DNA of 64,000 bases from Bacteroidales bacterium (GCA_011620605.1 WOYW01000005.1:32232-96231), one strand, 5' to 3'. Counted from the stretch's first letter, positions 17,926 through 28,558 are shown. The notes: generated by a model not told the origin, from the letters alone. A program made the numbers and translations.

Positions 17926-19541
17926 TTATTTTCTTTTTCCTGGTAAAGGAGTGCAGCAGCAACAAAAGAGCGGAACAGCGGAGCCGGATTTTCCGGAGTG
18001 CTTTTTAATTCCGGATGGAACTGGACCCCAATGTAAAACGGATGATCCTTTATTTCAACAATCTCTACCAGCCCGGTTTCCGGGTTCCTCCCGGTTGCTT
18101 TCATGCCCGCTTTTTGCAGTGTATCTACGTAACAATCATTCAATTCATAACGGTGTCGGTGCCTTTCCCGGATCACTTGCTTCCCGTAAATTTTATAGGC
18201 CAGGGAACTCCTTTCAATCCTGCATTCGTAAGCACCCAACCGCATAGTGCCTCCTTTGCTGGTCAGGCGTTTTTGATCTTCCATCAGGTCAATGACCGGG
18301 AACTCGGTTTTGGGGACAATTTCCACACTGGCGGCCCCTGGTATACCGGCAACGTTGCGGGCAAATTCCAGCACGGCCATTTGCATACCCAGGCAAATAC
18401 CCAGGAACGGGATCTTATGCTCCCTGGCATATTTACAAGCAAATAGTTTGCCATCCGTACCACGGGACCCGAAACCGGGTGCCACCAGGATTCCTTTCAT
18501 CCCTGCAAGTTTCTCATTTACATTCTGTTCAGTAATGTTCTCACTTTGTATGGGATGAACTTTTACTTTGGTGTCGTTGGCTGCTCCGGCATGAATGAAT
18601 GATTCCAGTATGGATTTGTATGCGTCTTGCAATTCGACGTATTTTCCCACCAGTGCTATATCCACTTTGTTGTGCGGGTGATATACCCGGTCTATAAACT
18701 GTCTCCAGGCTTCCAGCCGGGGTTCCGCTTTGTTTTCTATCTTCAAAAGATCCAGCAGGATCCCGTCTAGGTTCTGGCGCTGCAGATTCAGGGGAACCTC
18801 GTATATGCTTTTCTGGTCTACGGATTCAATGACTGCGTAAGGGCGTACGTTACAGAAAAGAGCCACTTTTTTGCGCATGGCCAGCGGCAGTGGTCTTTCG
18901 GAGCGGCATACGATCACATCGGGGTTCACTCCTTCCTGTTGTAACTGCCTAACCGAGTGCTGGGTTGGCTTTGTCTTCAGTTCCTTTGCCGCTGCCAGGT
19001 ACGGAACTAGGGTCAGGTGGATGACAGCACATTTTTCTTCCGGCAATTCCCATTGTAACTGCCTTACTGCTTCCACAAACGGAAGGGATTCAATGTCTCC
19101 TACCGTTCCCCCGATCTCGGTGATCACTATGTCGTATTTTCCGGTTTTTCCCAACAGGAGCATCCGGCGTTTGATCTCGTCGGTGATGTGAGGAATGACC
19201 TGAACGGTTTTGCCCAGGTAAGCGCCTTCGCGTTCCTTATCGATGACAGTCTGGTAAATCTTGCCGGTTGTCACGTTGCTGGCCTTGGTGGTATAGACGC
19301 CCAGAAAACGTTCGTAGTGGCCCAGGTCAAGATCAGTCTCGGCTCCGTCTTCGGTCACATAACATTCTCCGTGTTCATAAGGGTTCAGGGTTCCGGGGTC
19401 GACGTTTATGTAGGGATCAAATTTTTGTATAGTTACTTTTAACCCCCTGGCTTGAATCAGTTTAGCAAGGGATGCCGCGATAGTGCCTTTTCCCAAAGAA
19501 GAAGTCACACCTCCAGTTATGAAGACATATTTTGTGGCCAT
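17922..19541 (-). CDS. pyrG: CTP synthase
   Basis: The 539-aa product contains KYVFITGGVTSSLGKG, GICLGMQ and QFHPE. Confidence 0.97.
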   Translation of the reverse strand: MATKYVFITGGVTSSLGKGTIAASLAKLIQARGLKVTIQKFDPYINVDPGTLNPYEHGECYVTEDGAETDLDLGHYERFLGVYTTKASNVTTGKIYQTVIDKEREGAYLGKTVQVIPHITDEIKRRMLLLGKTGKYDIVITEIGGTVGDIESLPFVEAVRQLQWELPEEKCAVIHLTLVPYLAAAKELKTKPTQHSVRQLQQEGVNPDVIVCRSERPLPLAMRKKVALFCNVRPYAVIESVDQKSIYEVPLNLQRQNLDGILLDLLKIENKAEPRLEAWRQFIDRVYHPHNKVDIALVGKYVELQDAYKSILESFIHAGAANDTKVKVHPIQSENITEQNVNEKLAGMKGILVAPGFGSRGTDGKLFACKYAREHKIPFLGICLGMQMAVLEFARNVAGIPGAASVEIVPKTEFPVIDLMEDQKRLTSKGGTMRLGAYECRIERSSLAYKIYGKQVIRERHRHRYELNDCYVDTLQKAGMKATGRNPETGLVEIVEIKDHPFYIGVQFHPELKSTPENPAPLFRSFVAAALLYQEKENK

Positions 19542-19584
19542 AAGACAGTTTTTTTCAAACTGCTAATGTAAGGACTTTTTTTTT

Positions 19585-19592
19585 AACTTTGC
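19585..19592 (+). promoter_or_regulatory. Bacteroidota -7 box (TAACTTTG) for rnpB
   Basis: The box matches TAnnTTTG and lies about 7 nt upstream of the first P1 nucleotide of the RNase P RNA. Confidence 0.5.
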
Positions 19593-19597
19593 GACCG

Positions 19598-19923
19598 CGG
19601 AGGGCTGTCCCATCGCTCTTTTCCGTTAGGTAAAGGGAGGAAAGTCCGGGCAGGAAAGGGCGGGATCCTGTGGAAATCACAGCTGGTCGTAAGGTCAGGG
19701 ATCGCTTGACAGAAAAAAACCGCCGGGGTCCTTGGACCCGGGTAAGGGTGAAAAGGCGGGGTAAGAGCCCACCGTGACGGTCGGCGACGGCCGTTGACGT
19801 AGGCACCGGTCTCCTGCAAGGCCAAGTATACCGGTAATATTAGGGCTGCCCGTCCTATGCCGGGGGGTAGGCTGCTCAGATAAATGATGGGAGTTCGACA
19901 GAACCCGGCTTACAGGCCCTCCG
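19598..19923 (+). ncRNA. rnpB: RNase P RNA, bacterial type A
   Basis: The conserved blocks GGAGGAAAGTCCGGGC, GGGTAAGGGTGAAA and ACAGAACCCGGCTTAC are present. P1 pairing is ggagggctgt with acaggccctcc. A T-run follows. Confidence 0.9.
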
Positions 19924-19966
19924 TTTTTTTTTCTTCCGGATTTTTGCCCCTGGTGAGGCTTAAAAT

Positions 19967-22921
19967 CTATTTTCCCGGCATCACGATCCCCTTGCGCAAC
20001 CGGCCGTCGGCATTAATGATCAGTTCCTTCGGGAACCTTACTGCCCTTATGGCATCGCTGTCGTACCATGCATCCATCTTATTGAGTACGGATTCATTGA
20101 AAACACCTTCTTCACGGAAGGGTTTGACATTCATATAGCCGACTCCCAGAGATGTGAGGTTATGAAAGAAGTGTGTTCCTTCGCTGGGATCAACCTGGAA
20201 GTTTTCCAGGCTGCATTCCACGATAACACGGGCTTCGGAAATGTTGTTCCAGTTTATGGGGATCCCCAGCCAGGGATCTGATGATCCCCAACGTCCAGGC
20301 CCTATCAGGACGTATGTACGGTGTTCTTCCTTCATTTTGCGGTTCAGTTCTTCCAAATCCTGTGCATACCCAATGGTGTTGCGGCTGTCAAACACATCGG
20401 TGCGTAAGTAAACCACATCAGTCACTCCTTCTATATCACCGGGTCCCAGCACGTTTTCCGAGTAGATCAGTGCTTTTTGCGGATCGGCTTCTTCCCAGTT
20501 GAATTCGGTGTTTTCACCGTAATCGGTTATTGGGCGGACCTGCAATAAATTAAATACGGCATCGTGACCGGCAGGCACGTCCATGTCAACGGCAAATTCA
20601 ATTTCCACGTGACAACGCATCTCGTTGCGGCAGATCTCCAGCAGATCTGTCAGGATGGTGGCCAGCGGTATGGTATCGTTCTGGAGTATGTTGTCAAAGG
20701 TGATCACCCTGCGGCCTTTCAGATGCGTTCCGGGCACCAGGATGTCGTTGTCCATGTCCCAGGTGGAAGCTACATGGCTGATGTTGCGAAAGGCCGAGGC
20801 CTCGGCAACAGTAAATTTACGGATGTTTACCCCGTCATCAATGGAAGTCTTGAATTGCTCGGGACTAAGGTTCAGGGCATACATCACGTTTTGAGTCTCG
20901 TTCAGGGCACTTTTGGGGTTCATGGTCTGCATTACGTGGCGGGGATAACGCGGCGAAAAACGCAATGCGCGACCTCCTTCCACAACCAGTTTTCCGAGGC
21001 CGTAAGCCATATTGACGATCCCGTCTTCAGACTTTTCGTGTCCAACCGGATAATAATTCACGGAACGGGCCAGTCCCGACAAGGTGGGAAAAAAATATCC
21101 GTTTTCTTCGGTTCCGCAAAGTGTTTGAATGACTAGTGCCATTTTTTCTTCACTCAACAAGTTTGCCGTTGTCTGTATGTAATTTCGACTGGCGGCAAAA
21201 AAGACTGAAGCATAGACGCTCTTGATGGCTTTGCTCAGGAGCCTCAACATCTGGTCCTTGTTTTCCGTCAAAGGTAACATATAAGTGGAATAAATACCGG
21301 CAAAAGGCTGGAAAAGTGAATCTTCCAGTTTAGAGCTGGATCTGACGGCCAGGGGTTTGTTTACTTTGTCCAGGAATATCCTCAATTGATTCTGCATTTC
21401 AATGGGAAGGCGGGAACTGATAAATTCAGAAAGGATTTCTTCATCTGTAATGCCTTCTGTGTTTACCACATAGCGCAACCCGTTGTCGACCATGAAAGTG
21501 TCAAAATAATCGGCTGCTATGACTACGGTCTGGGGAATGGTCACAAAGACCCCTTTGTATTTGTGACTGAGGTTGTATTTTACCAATAACCTGTTAAGAA
21601 AGGCCAGTCCACGCGCTTTGCCTCCCAGGGAACCTTCCCCGATGCGAGCAAAGGTGATGTAACGGCTGTACGTCTCCTTGTCAAAACGGGCAATTACTCC
21701 CTGCCCGTTAACAAAACGGTATTCCTTGATCAGGGCAATGATGAATTCTCGTAATTCGGTAACGTTTTCAAAATCATTCGGAGAGGCATCCCTGATGGGT
21801 CTTGCCAAATTGAATAAACCCCTGGCAAACAGCCATTTGGAAAGTCTATTGCGGGAGGTATGGTAAAGCAACTCCTTGTCCGGGATCTGATTGATGAGTG
21901 ATTGCAATTCGCGCAGGTTTTTGGCCCGTGCAATTTCTTCTCCGGTAGCAATGTTCCTTACTACAAAATCCCCGAATGCGAATTCTTCTCCAATGTATTC
22001 GCTCAGCTCCATTAAAAGGGCCTTGGAATCTTTCATCAAGAAACCTACACCCAGTTCGCAGGCTACCTTTCGCATGCTTTGCTGGGAAGATTGCAGCAGG
22101 ATGGGCATCTGGGGATCATCTTCCCGGATCATGCGGCACAGATCTATACCGGCATCCAGTTTTTCGGTATCGGAAGGATCGTTCTTATGCATGATGAAAC
22201 CTACATCGGAGATGACACCTAGCAGGTTGTTCTTGTATTTTTCGTAATGGGCCACAGCATCTTCATAATTGGTAGCCAGAAAGATCTTTGGACGAGCTCT
22301 TTTCCGCGTTTTTTGTTGCTGATCGTTGAGCGTTTCTTTCAAGAACTCGGCACTCTGCTTCAAAACAAGTTTGTATATGGCAGGCAGGTAGGTGGAATAA
22401 TAACGCACCGAGTCTTCCACCAGCAGGATGCACTGAACGCCCGAATACAGGATGTCTTTCCTGGCATTCATGGTGTCTTCCAACAGCTTGACAATGGCCA
22501 AAATGAGGTCTGCGTTTCCGTGCCAGCTGAATATGTAATTGATGGCCGAGCAGTCCTCTTGTTCTATACGATTTTTGAATTCCCTGGAATAATTGGACAA
22601 CAGGACTATGGGAGTTTCTGAACCTTCTTCACGCAAATTGCGCGCAAAACTGAACACATCCATATCGCCTATGTTGAACATACAGATTATCAGATCAAAA
22701 TCTTCTCCGCTATGAAGCAACGTATGGGCTTCTTCAGATGTGGTTACCCAGGAAAATGAAGGCGGGTTGCTGATATTCAGGTCACTGTATTCTTTTTGGA
22801 TCTGAACGTCAATCTGTCCGTCCTCTTCCAGGATGTAAGCGTCATAACTGCTGCATATCATAAGGATACGCCGTATACGCTTTTCCATCAGCTGTGTGTA
22901 ATCCGGGCTGTAAAATTGCAT
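19967..22921 (-). CDS. PEP/pyruvate-binding (PPDK_N) domain protein with two N-terminal receiver-like domains
   Basis: The 984-aa product contains GGKARGLAFLN and later PEP-synthase-like ATP-grasp blocks. Its N-terminal ~300 aa are CheY-like folds. Confidence 0.7.
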   Translation of the reverse strand: MQFYSPDYTQLMEKRIRRILMICSSYDAYILEEDGQIDVQIQKEYSDLNISNPPSFSWVTTSEEAHTLLHSGEDFDLIICMFNIGDMDVFSFARNLREEGSETPIVLLSNYSREFKNRIEQEDCSAINYIFSWHGNADLILAIVKLLEDTMNARKDILYSGVQCILLVEDSVRYYSTYLPAIYKLVLKQSAEFLKETLNDQQQKTRKRARPKIFLATNYEDAVAHYEKYKNNLLGVISDVGFIMHKNDPSDTEKLDAGIDLCRMIREDDPQMPILLQSSQQSMRKVACELGVGFLMKDSKALLMELSEYIGEEFAFGDFVVRNIATGEEIARAKNLRELQSLINQIPDKELLYHTSRNRLSKWLFARGLFNLARPIRDASPNDFENVTELREFIIALIKEYRFVNGQGVIARFDKETYSRYITFARIGEGSLGGKARGLAFLNRLLVKYNLSHKYKGVFVTIPQTVVIAADYFDTFMVDNGLRYVVNTEGITDEEILSEFISSRLPIEMQNQLRIFLDKVNKPLAVRSSSKLEDSLFQPFAGIYSTYMLPLTENKDQMLRLLSKAIKSVYASVFFAASRNYIQTTANLLSEEKMALVIQTLCGTEENGYFFPTLSGLARSVNYYPVGHEKSEDGIVNMAYGLGKLVVEGGRALRFSPRYPRHVMQTMNPKSALNETQNVMYALNLSPEQFKTSIDDGVNIRKFTVAEASAFRNISHVASTWDMDNDILVPGTHLKGRRVITFDNILQNDTIPLATILTDLLEICRNEMRCHVEIEFAVDMDVPAGHDAVFNLLQVRPITDYGENTEFNWEEADPQKALIYSENVLGPGDIEGVTDVVYLRTDVFDSRNTIGYAQDLEELNRKMKEEHRTYVLIGPGRWGSSDPWLGIPINWNNISEARVIVECSLENFQVDPSEGTHFFHNLTSLGVGYMNVKPFREEGVFNESVLNKMDAWYDSDAIRAVRFPKELIINADGRLRKGIVMPGK

Positions 22922-22988
22922 AGGCTAAAAATTTCGCGGTCGTTAAAGCTTAACACTGTTTTGTGGATACGAGGGGGTGTCTTTTCTT

Positions 22989-23936
22989 TCAAAACAGCAG
23001 CTTTTGTTTTTTCTGTTCTTGCAAAAGTTCTCTGTAATACCTGGCTTCCGGTAGATCAAATGTTTTTTGTGACAGGTCCAGCCATTTCCCGGCCAATTCA
23101 AAATTTCCCTGCATTTCACAAGCAAGGGCCATATTGAAAGCGGCGCAGGCAACTTCTTTGGCGTTGGTGCCTTTTACCAGCTCCATCCAGATCTTCATGG
23201 CTTCGTCCCATGCAAACGCCAGGGCATGATCATAAGCCAGGTTCCATTCTCTTTTTTCGTAAACGAAAATGACCCTGTCCTGAGTTTCCCACTGGTCCAG
23301 GAAGGTCCCGGCAAGTTCTTTGGCAAAGTATTCCGAGGCGCGCTGCAGGTCCTGTAAGGCCGAAGAAGGTATGGAAACGGTTTCATTTTCGGCGGGGATC
23401 CAGACTTCCCATGCTACGGTATCGCGTAGCGGAATATATTTTACAAACTGTACTTTCTCTGCGTCGTAGACCCTTACCACAGCTGTGAAAGGAGCCATTA
23501 AATACTGCATTTTATAATCGTCTGCCACCATGGATACGTTTTTTGTAAAAAAACCTCCAATCTTTACACTGTCCACCATGAAAACCAGGTTTGTCCCGGT
23601 CTCCAGGGCCAGCCGATGTACATAATCGGGTTGTTCCAGTGTTCCCAAAGCTTCCGATCCGGTATAATGTGCATAAACAGGTACGGATCCCGGGGAGAGA
23701 TAAGCCTCCGCGGAAAGAGCGTCTGCAAGCGATTGGGAAAATTTTTGCAACAGGACCGAGTCAGATACAGATACAGAATCGTATTGTGGCGTGAAGACGG
23801 CCATTTCCCTGCCTAGAATATTGATTGGCCTGGTAGCCGGGAGTTTCACGTCTACTTCCATTATGTTGATCAATGGGCCGCATGAGCTCAATAGGAGCAA
23901 TACAGCAAGGAATCCGGTGATACGTATGGCTTTCAT
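22989..23936 (-). CDS. Hypothetical lipoprotein with a TPR-like C-terminus
   Basis: A lipobox is present (LLLLSSCGP). The 315-aa ORF has coding-like composition. No catalytic motif was recognised. Confidence 0.5.
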   Translation of the reverse strand: MKAIRITGFLAVLLLLSSCGPLINIMEVDVKLPATRPINILGREMAVFTPQYDSVSVSDSVLLQKFSQSLADALSAEAYLSPGSVPVYAHYTGSEALGTLEQPDYVHRLALETGTNLVFMVDSVKIGGFFTKNVSMVADDYKMQYLMAPFTAVVRVYDAEKVQFVKYIPLRDTVAWEVWIPAENETVSIPSSALQDLQRASEYFAKELAGTFLDQWETQDRVIFVYEKREWNLAYDHALAFAWDEAMKIWMELVKGTNAKEVACAAFNMALACEMQGNFELAGKWLDLSQKTFDLPEARYYRELLQEQKKQKLLF

Positions 23937-23948
23937 ATTTTTTTGTTT

Positions 23949-24695
23949 TTATGTGTGCATTCCTCCGCAAACAGGAATAACCTGTCCGCTGACGTAAGAA
24001 GCCAGTTCCGATCCCAGGAAGACACATACATTGGCAACGTCCTGAGGTGTTCCTCCCCTTCTCAAGGGTATGGTATCTGTCCAGGATTTACGTACGGCTT
24101 CAGAAAGCTGGTCAGTCATATCGCTGATAATGAATCCGGGAGCCACGGCATTGGCCCGTATGCCCCTGGGGCCAAGTTCTTTGGCGACAGACTTGGTCAG
24201 GGCTATGAGTCCGGCTTTGGAAGCCGAGTAATTGGTTTGTCCTGCATTACCTGACAAACCTACTACAGAACTCATGTTAATTATACAGCCCCCTTTTTGT
24301 TTGACCATTATCGGTGCCATGGCATGAATAAAATTAAAGGCGGATTTTAAGTTCACGTCCAGGACCGAGTCCCATTGTTGTTCGGACATACGTAATACCA
24401 AATTGTCACGTGTTATACCGGCGTTGTTCACCAATATATCAATACGTCCGAATTCCTGCAGTACCTGTTCCACTACCTGGTGTGTTTCTTCAAAGGATGC
24501 AGCATTGGAAGCAAATGCGATGGCTTTTACTCCCAGTGAGCGGATTTCTTGCAGTGTTTCTTTGGCCTGATCGTCAATTTTGAGATCGGTAAAGGCGACA
24601 TCGGCTCCGTGCCGGGCCATTTCTACGGCAACGGCTTTCCCGATCCCGCGGGCAGCCCCTGTGATTAGCACTTTTTTGTCTTTAAGTAATTGCAT
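23949..24695 (-). CDS. fabG: 3-oxoacyl-ACP reductase
   Basis: SDR motifs TGAARGIG, NNAG and YSASK are present. The start was set at the ATG at 24695, because the track start at 24710 is a TTG. Confidence 0.9.
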   Translation of the reverse strand: MQLLKDKKVLITGAARGIGKAVAVEMARHGADVAFTDLKIDDQAKETLQEIRSLGVKAIAFASNAASFEETHQVVEQVLQEFGRIDILVNNAGITRDNLVLRMSEQQWDSVLDVNLKSAFNFIHAMAPIMVKQKGGCIINMSSVVGLSGNAGQTNYSASKAGLIALTKSVAKELGPRGIRANAVAPGFIISDMTDQLSEAVRKSWTDTIPLRRGGTPQDVANVCVFLGSELASYVSGQVIPVCGGMHT

Positions 24696-24712
24696 ATCAA
24701 TGATCTTCAATA

Positions 24713-26035
24713 TTATTCAGTTATCAGTTCCGCATACAGATCGTAATCATCTGCTTTCGTTATCCGGGCAGTCACAAAAGACCCCGGTGCTACTTCCGGT
24801 ACATTTTCCAGGATGATCTGTCCGTCAACTTCAGGCGCTTCGTATTGTGTTCTGCCTAACACCGTTACACGGTTATCCGTATCTTCCGTGATGAGGTAAT
24901 CGGCCAATACGCTGCAGCGGGTTCCCACCCTGGATTGATTGTAGGCAAAGGATATGCCTTTTTGCAGCTCCATCAGACGGGCATACCTTTCCCGTTTTAC
25001 TTTCTGAGGCACCGTGTCTTTCAAGTGCTTTGCCCCATAGGTCCCTTCTTCGCGGGAATACATAAAAGCTCCCATTCTTTCAAAACGGGCTTCTTCTATA
25101 AAGTCCGTCAACTCCCGGAATTCTTTTTCACCCTCTCCCGGATGACCTACCATCAGTGTAGTGCGAATACAAATATCCGGCACGAATTTACGAAAATCTT
25201 CCAGCAACTGAAGTGTTTGGGCTTTTGTTGTATTGCGACGCATGGCTGAAAGGACTTTATCTGATATGTGTTGCAAGGGAATATCCATGTATTGACATAT
25301 CTTCTTTTCGGTTCCCATAAGTCTGAGAACATCCCGTGGAAATCCCTGCGGATAGGTATATAAAAGGCGTATCCAATCTATGGAATTTATCCGGCACAGT
25401 TCTTCCATAAGGTCTGCCAGTTGTCGCTTTCCATAGAGATCCAGTCCGTAAAAACTGGTGTCCTGGGCTACAAGCACCAATTCCTTAACCCCTTGTTCAG
25501 CCAGCAAACGAGCTTCCCTTAACAGGTCCTCTTTGGGACGGGAGATGTGTTTGCCCCGTATAAGCGGAATGGCACAATAGGCACAGCTTCGGTCACAGCC
25601 TTCGCTAAGTTTCAGGTACGCGTAATGCGCCGGGGTAGACAGTACCCGTTGGGTTGCCAGCCCGGGATCGTACTGAACTCCCAGCGATGCGGTGATCAGC
25701 GGGAGGTCTTCCACCCCAAACACGGCATCGGTTTCCGGTATTTCCCTTTCCAGTTCCTTTTTGTATCGTTGCGACAAACAACCCATTACCATTACTTTTC
25801 CTATCCTTCCCTGTTTTTTCTCCTGCAAGGATTCCAGAATGTAATCAATGGATTCTTCCCTGGCATCGTGAATGAACCCGCAGGTATTAATGATCAACAC
25901 ATCCAGGGGATAATCTTCTTCCACGGCATCAGGAATGACATCCCATCCTCCTGCTTCAAGCTGTTGCATAAGGTGTTCACTGTCCACGCGATTTTTGGAA
26001 CAGCCCAATGTATAGACAGAGACTTTTCCTGTCAT
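24713..26035 (-). CDS. rimO: Ribosomal protein S12 methylthiotransferase
   Basis: The product has LGCSKNRVDSE at the N-terminus, the radical SAM triad CDRSCAYC, and a C-terminal TRAM domain. The ATG at 26035 was used; the track start is a TTG. Confidence 0.9.
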   Translation of the reverse strand: MTGKVSVYTLGCSKNRVDSEHLMQQLEAGGWDVIPDAVEEDYPLDVLIINTCGFIHDAREESIDYILESLQEKKQGRIGKVMVMGCLSQRYKKELEREIPETDAVFGVEDLPLITASLGVQYDPGLATQRVLSTPAHYAYLKLSEGCDRSCAYCAIPLIRGKHISRPKEDLLREARLLAEQGVKELVLVAQDTSFYGLDLYGKRQLADLMEELCRINSIDWIRLLYTYPQGFPRDVLRLMGTEKKICQYMDIPLQHISDKVLSAMRRNTTKAQTLQLLEDFRKFVPDICIRTTLMVGHPGEGEKEFRELTDFIEEARFERMGAFMYSREEGTYGAKHLKDTVPQKVKRERYARLMELQKGISFAYNQSRVGTRCSVLADYLITEDTDNRVTVLGRTQYEAPEVDGQIILENVPEVAPGSFVTARITKADDYDLYAELITE

Positions 26036-26048
26036 TCCCAACGGGATG

Positions 26049-26606
26049 TTATTTTTGTGTAGTATGTTTCATTACAGGTTTGGGCGCTTTTGCACCGGTG
26101 GTTTTAGGTGCTTTGCTTCCTGCAGGTTTTGGTGATTTAGCGGATTTTGCCGTGTGTTTTTCGTGGCTTTCCTGAACAGGACTGCTTTCCTCTTTTTCTT
26201 CTTCTTCCGGCTTTTCAAAGTCCAGGGCGTTGGCTGCTTTCATAATATTATACCAATCCAGCACTTTCTTCATGTGAGAAGAGTAAAAGCGGTCTTTGTC
26301 ATACTGGGGGATCACCTTGTCAAAGAATCCAGCCATTTCTTCAGCCGTTGATTTGGGATCCGGGGCGGGATCGTCTTTCAGAAAATCCTTCATTTTGGTG
26401 AAGACATCCTGTAATTTCAGCTCGTCTTCCATTGTGGTATAAACTGAAATATCTGATAATGAGGTCATACGGGCACTCGGACCCATCCATTTCCTTGTTT
26501 TGTCCGTCATGGATTCTACGACCACACCCCCGTTGCTTTGTGCCAGGTAACGGTAAAGTCCGGGGTGCCCTCCAACGGAGAGAATTTTTGTAAGATCAGT
26601 TTTCAT
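26049..26606 (-). CDS. DUF5606-like protein with a Lys/Pro/Ala-rich tail
   Basis: The 185-aa product starts MKTDLTKILSVGGHPGLYRY... and has a histone-H1-like C-terminal tail (KSAKSPKPAGSKAPKTTGAKAPKP). Confidence 0.6.
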   Translation of the reverse strand: MKTDLTKILSVGGHPGLYRYLAQSNGGVVVESMTDKTRKWMGPSARMTSLSDISVYTTMEDELKLQDVFTKMKDFLKDDPAPDPKSTAEEMAGFFDKVIPQYDKDRFYSSHMKKVLDWYNIMKAANALDFEKPEEEEKEESSPVQESHEKHTAKSAKSPKPAGSKAPKTTGAKAPKPVMKHTTQK

Positions 26607-27207
26607 GGTTATGTTTGGTTAATGTTAGCATTTCATCGTGTACTGCCAGAACACGGGGCAATAATGGTTGTATTTCATCAGATACAATTATAAAATCGGC
26701 TCCGGATTCCCTTTGACCGTCAGTCCATTGTTTGTCCATCCGGTTCAGCACCGATTGCCTGTGGGTATTGTCACGGCCGGAAGCTCTTTGCAGACGCAGT
26801 TCTTTATCGGCAGATACAGTCAGTACTTTTGTGGTATGAAAAGGCGGGTCCATTTCCAATAAAATGGCGCTTTCAAATATTACATAGGGGGCATTGGTGT
26901 TGGCAGCCCACTTAAGAAAATCACGTACCACGTAGGGGTGTACCAGCGTGTTTACTTTTTTTAGAAGACTGTGATCATTGAAGATCAGGGAAGCCATGAC
27001 TTTTGTATCGGGTTCTCCGTCGCGGTAAATGCCGGGTCCCAGCAAATTGGTCAACGCTTCTTTCAGTTCTTCATTTTCCCGGTACATAAGTTTTGTACGG
27101 GCATCCGAATCGTAACAGGGGATCCCCAGGGCAGTGAAAATGCGGGTAACGTAACTTTTTCCACTGCCTATTCCTCCCGTAATTCCGAGTGTTATCAGAG
27201 TTTCCAT
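26596..27207 (-). CDS. coaE: Dephospho-CoA kinase
   Basis: The P-loop GITGGIGSGKS is present. The start was set at the ATG at 27207 (METLITLGITGG...). Confidence 0.9.
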   Translation of the reverse strand: METLITLGITGGIGSGKSYVTRIFTALGIPCYDSDARTKLMYRENEELKEALTNLLGPGIYRDGEPDTKVMASLIFNDHSLLKKVNTLVHPYVVRDFLKWAANTNAPYVIFESAILLEMDPPFHTTKVLTVSADKELRLQRASGRDNTHRQSVLNRMDKQWTDGQRESGADFIIVSDEIQPLLPRVLAVHDEMLTLTKHNHEN

Positions 27208-27211
27208 GGTA

Positions 27212-28156
27212 TTAATAACGATTCTGGATAATGCCGTCCACAAATTGGGGAGACATGATCATATGGCTTATGGTGCCGGGAGATGCTTCTAGAACAGGAA
27301 TGATCTTACCGCTTTCTTTCTTTATGAAGTCATTATAGTCAACCACAAGAAGAAAGTCATCGGGTGATATACCGGCGGCATCCTGGAAAGGACACCGAAA
27401 CTGGATGGTTACCAGATCGGGCAGAATAAAAAGTTCCCTGCGGTAAGGGACGTTCCGCGTTGTGACGGGAACCTCAAAAGACAGTTCTACATACCGCCGT
27501 ACCGGGATCCTGTATTCTACCTGGGTATGTGAAAGCCTGGTGTTTTCAGGAATTTCCAAACGGGCGATCCCTTCTACTGTCTGTGACAGGTTTCCCTGTG
27601 TTATCTTTCGTGTTTTTACTTCTTCAATGATCTCAAGGTAAGGTTCCTGAGCATATACCAGAACGCTGTCCGGAGTGAGCCTGACAGGTTCAAAAGACAT
27701 ATACTGAGGTCTATACGAGACATCCGAGACAAAACGTACGGGTACTTTCCTGTAGTGCTCACGCGGATATGTCAGGCGAATGGTGTCGCTTAAAATGGTT
27801 TCAAGTTCCAGGTTTGTTCCAAGGGCGTCGTTCACCAGGTTGTCAATATTATCCGAAAGCAGGTAAAATTCATCTTCACTACCCGGGATCTCGTGCACAA
27901 GTTTCCGGTCAGCAAAGAACCTTACCGGCGGGATTTTTTTACGCCAGGTATTGCGGATTATGTAAAAGCCCCTGGCCGTACCTCTTACAAAAAGAGTATT
28001 TTCGGGACGGGAAACATTGGTGCGACCTTCCAGGTTGGTTTCCACTTCCAGCGGGAACCGGAAGTAGGCAGTATACTCATTAGATAATGTGTAGACCACC
28101 CACAGGAAAAAAGCTGTGAGTATACACAGGATAAGTACCAATCTGGGACGTTTCAT
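27212..28156 (-). CDS. YbbR-like domain membrane-anchored protein
   Basis: The 314-aa product has an N-terminal TM anchor followed by repeated beta-rich modules. It sits in the conserved Bacteroidales nusB-yajC-ybbR-coaE context. Confidence 0.5.
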   Translation of the reverse strand: MKRPRLVLILCILTAFFLWVVYTLSNEYTAYFRFPLEVETNLEGRTNVSRPENTLFVRGTARGFYIIRNTWRKKIPPVRFFADRKLVHEIPGSEDEFYLLSDNIDNLVNDALGTNLELETILSDTIRLTYPREHYRKVPVRFVSDVSYRPQYMSFEPVRLTPDSVLVYAQEPYLEIIEEVKTRKITQGNLSQTVEGIARLEIPENTRLSHTQVEYRIPVRRYVELSFEVPVTTRNVPYRRELFILPDLVTIQFRCPFQDAAGISPDDFLLVVDYNDFIKKESGKIIPVLEASPGTISHMIMSPQFVDGIIQNRY

Positions 28157-28228
28157 AAGCCATACCCTTGCAAGGCATTTTGGTTTGTCGTACCGGCCCT
28201 TCCTGACGGGGAAGGGCGCAGGTCCGTC

Positions 28229-28558
28229 TTAGCTCTGTTGCTGAAGGTCAGTGGAGTCCTTTACAAGACTTGATTTGTCCACCCTGATCTTCACGTTGTT
28301 GTCCACTTCCAACAATACTGTAGTATCTTTAACTTCAGCTACGATCCCGTATATGCCGCCAGCAGTAATGACTTTTTCTCCTTTTTTGAGGTTTTCGCGA
28401 TATGCCTTCAATTCTTTCTGACGTTTTTTCTGGGGACGGATCATCAAAAAGTACATTACCACGAAAATGGCAAGCATCATTATAAGAAAAGACCAGTTCC
28501 CTCCTTTTGCGGCAGCTGCAGTTGTTTGTCCCTGTAAAATAAAAAATAATGTGTTCAT
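28229..28558 (-). CDS. yajC: Preprotein translocase subunit YajC
   Basis: The product contains ...FVVMYFLMIRPQKKRQKE...GGIYGIV.... Confidence 0.9.
   Translation of the reverse strand: MNTLFFILQGQTTAAAAKGGNWSFLIMMLAIFVVMYFLMIRPQKKRQKELKAYRENLKKGEKVITAGGIYGIVAEVKDTTVLLEVDNNVKIRVDKSSLVKDSTDLQQQS

Noticed and set aside
19555-19825. Minus-strand ORFs of 83 and 80 aa, and the plus-strand ORF at 19884-20138
   Set aside because: The first two overlap the RNase P RNA gene. The third overlaps its 3' end and the PPDK_N-domain gene. No coding signal is present.
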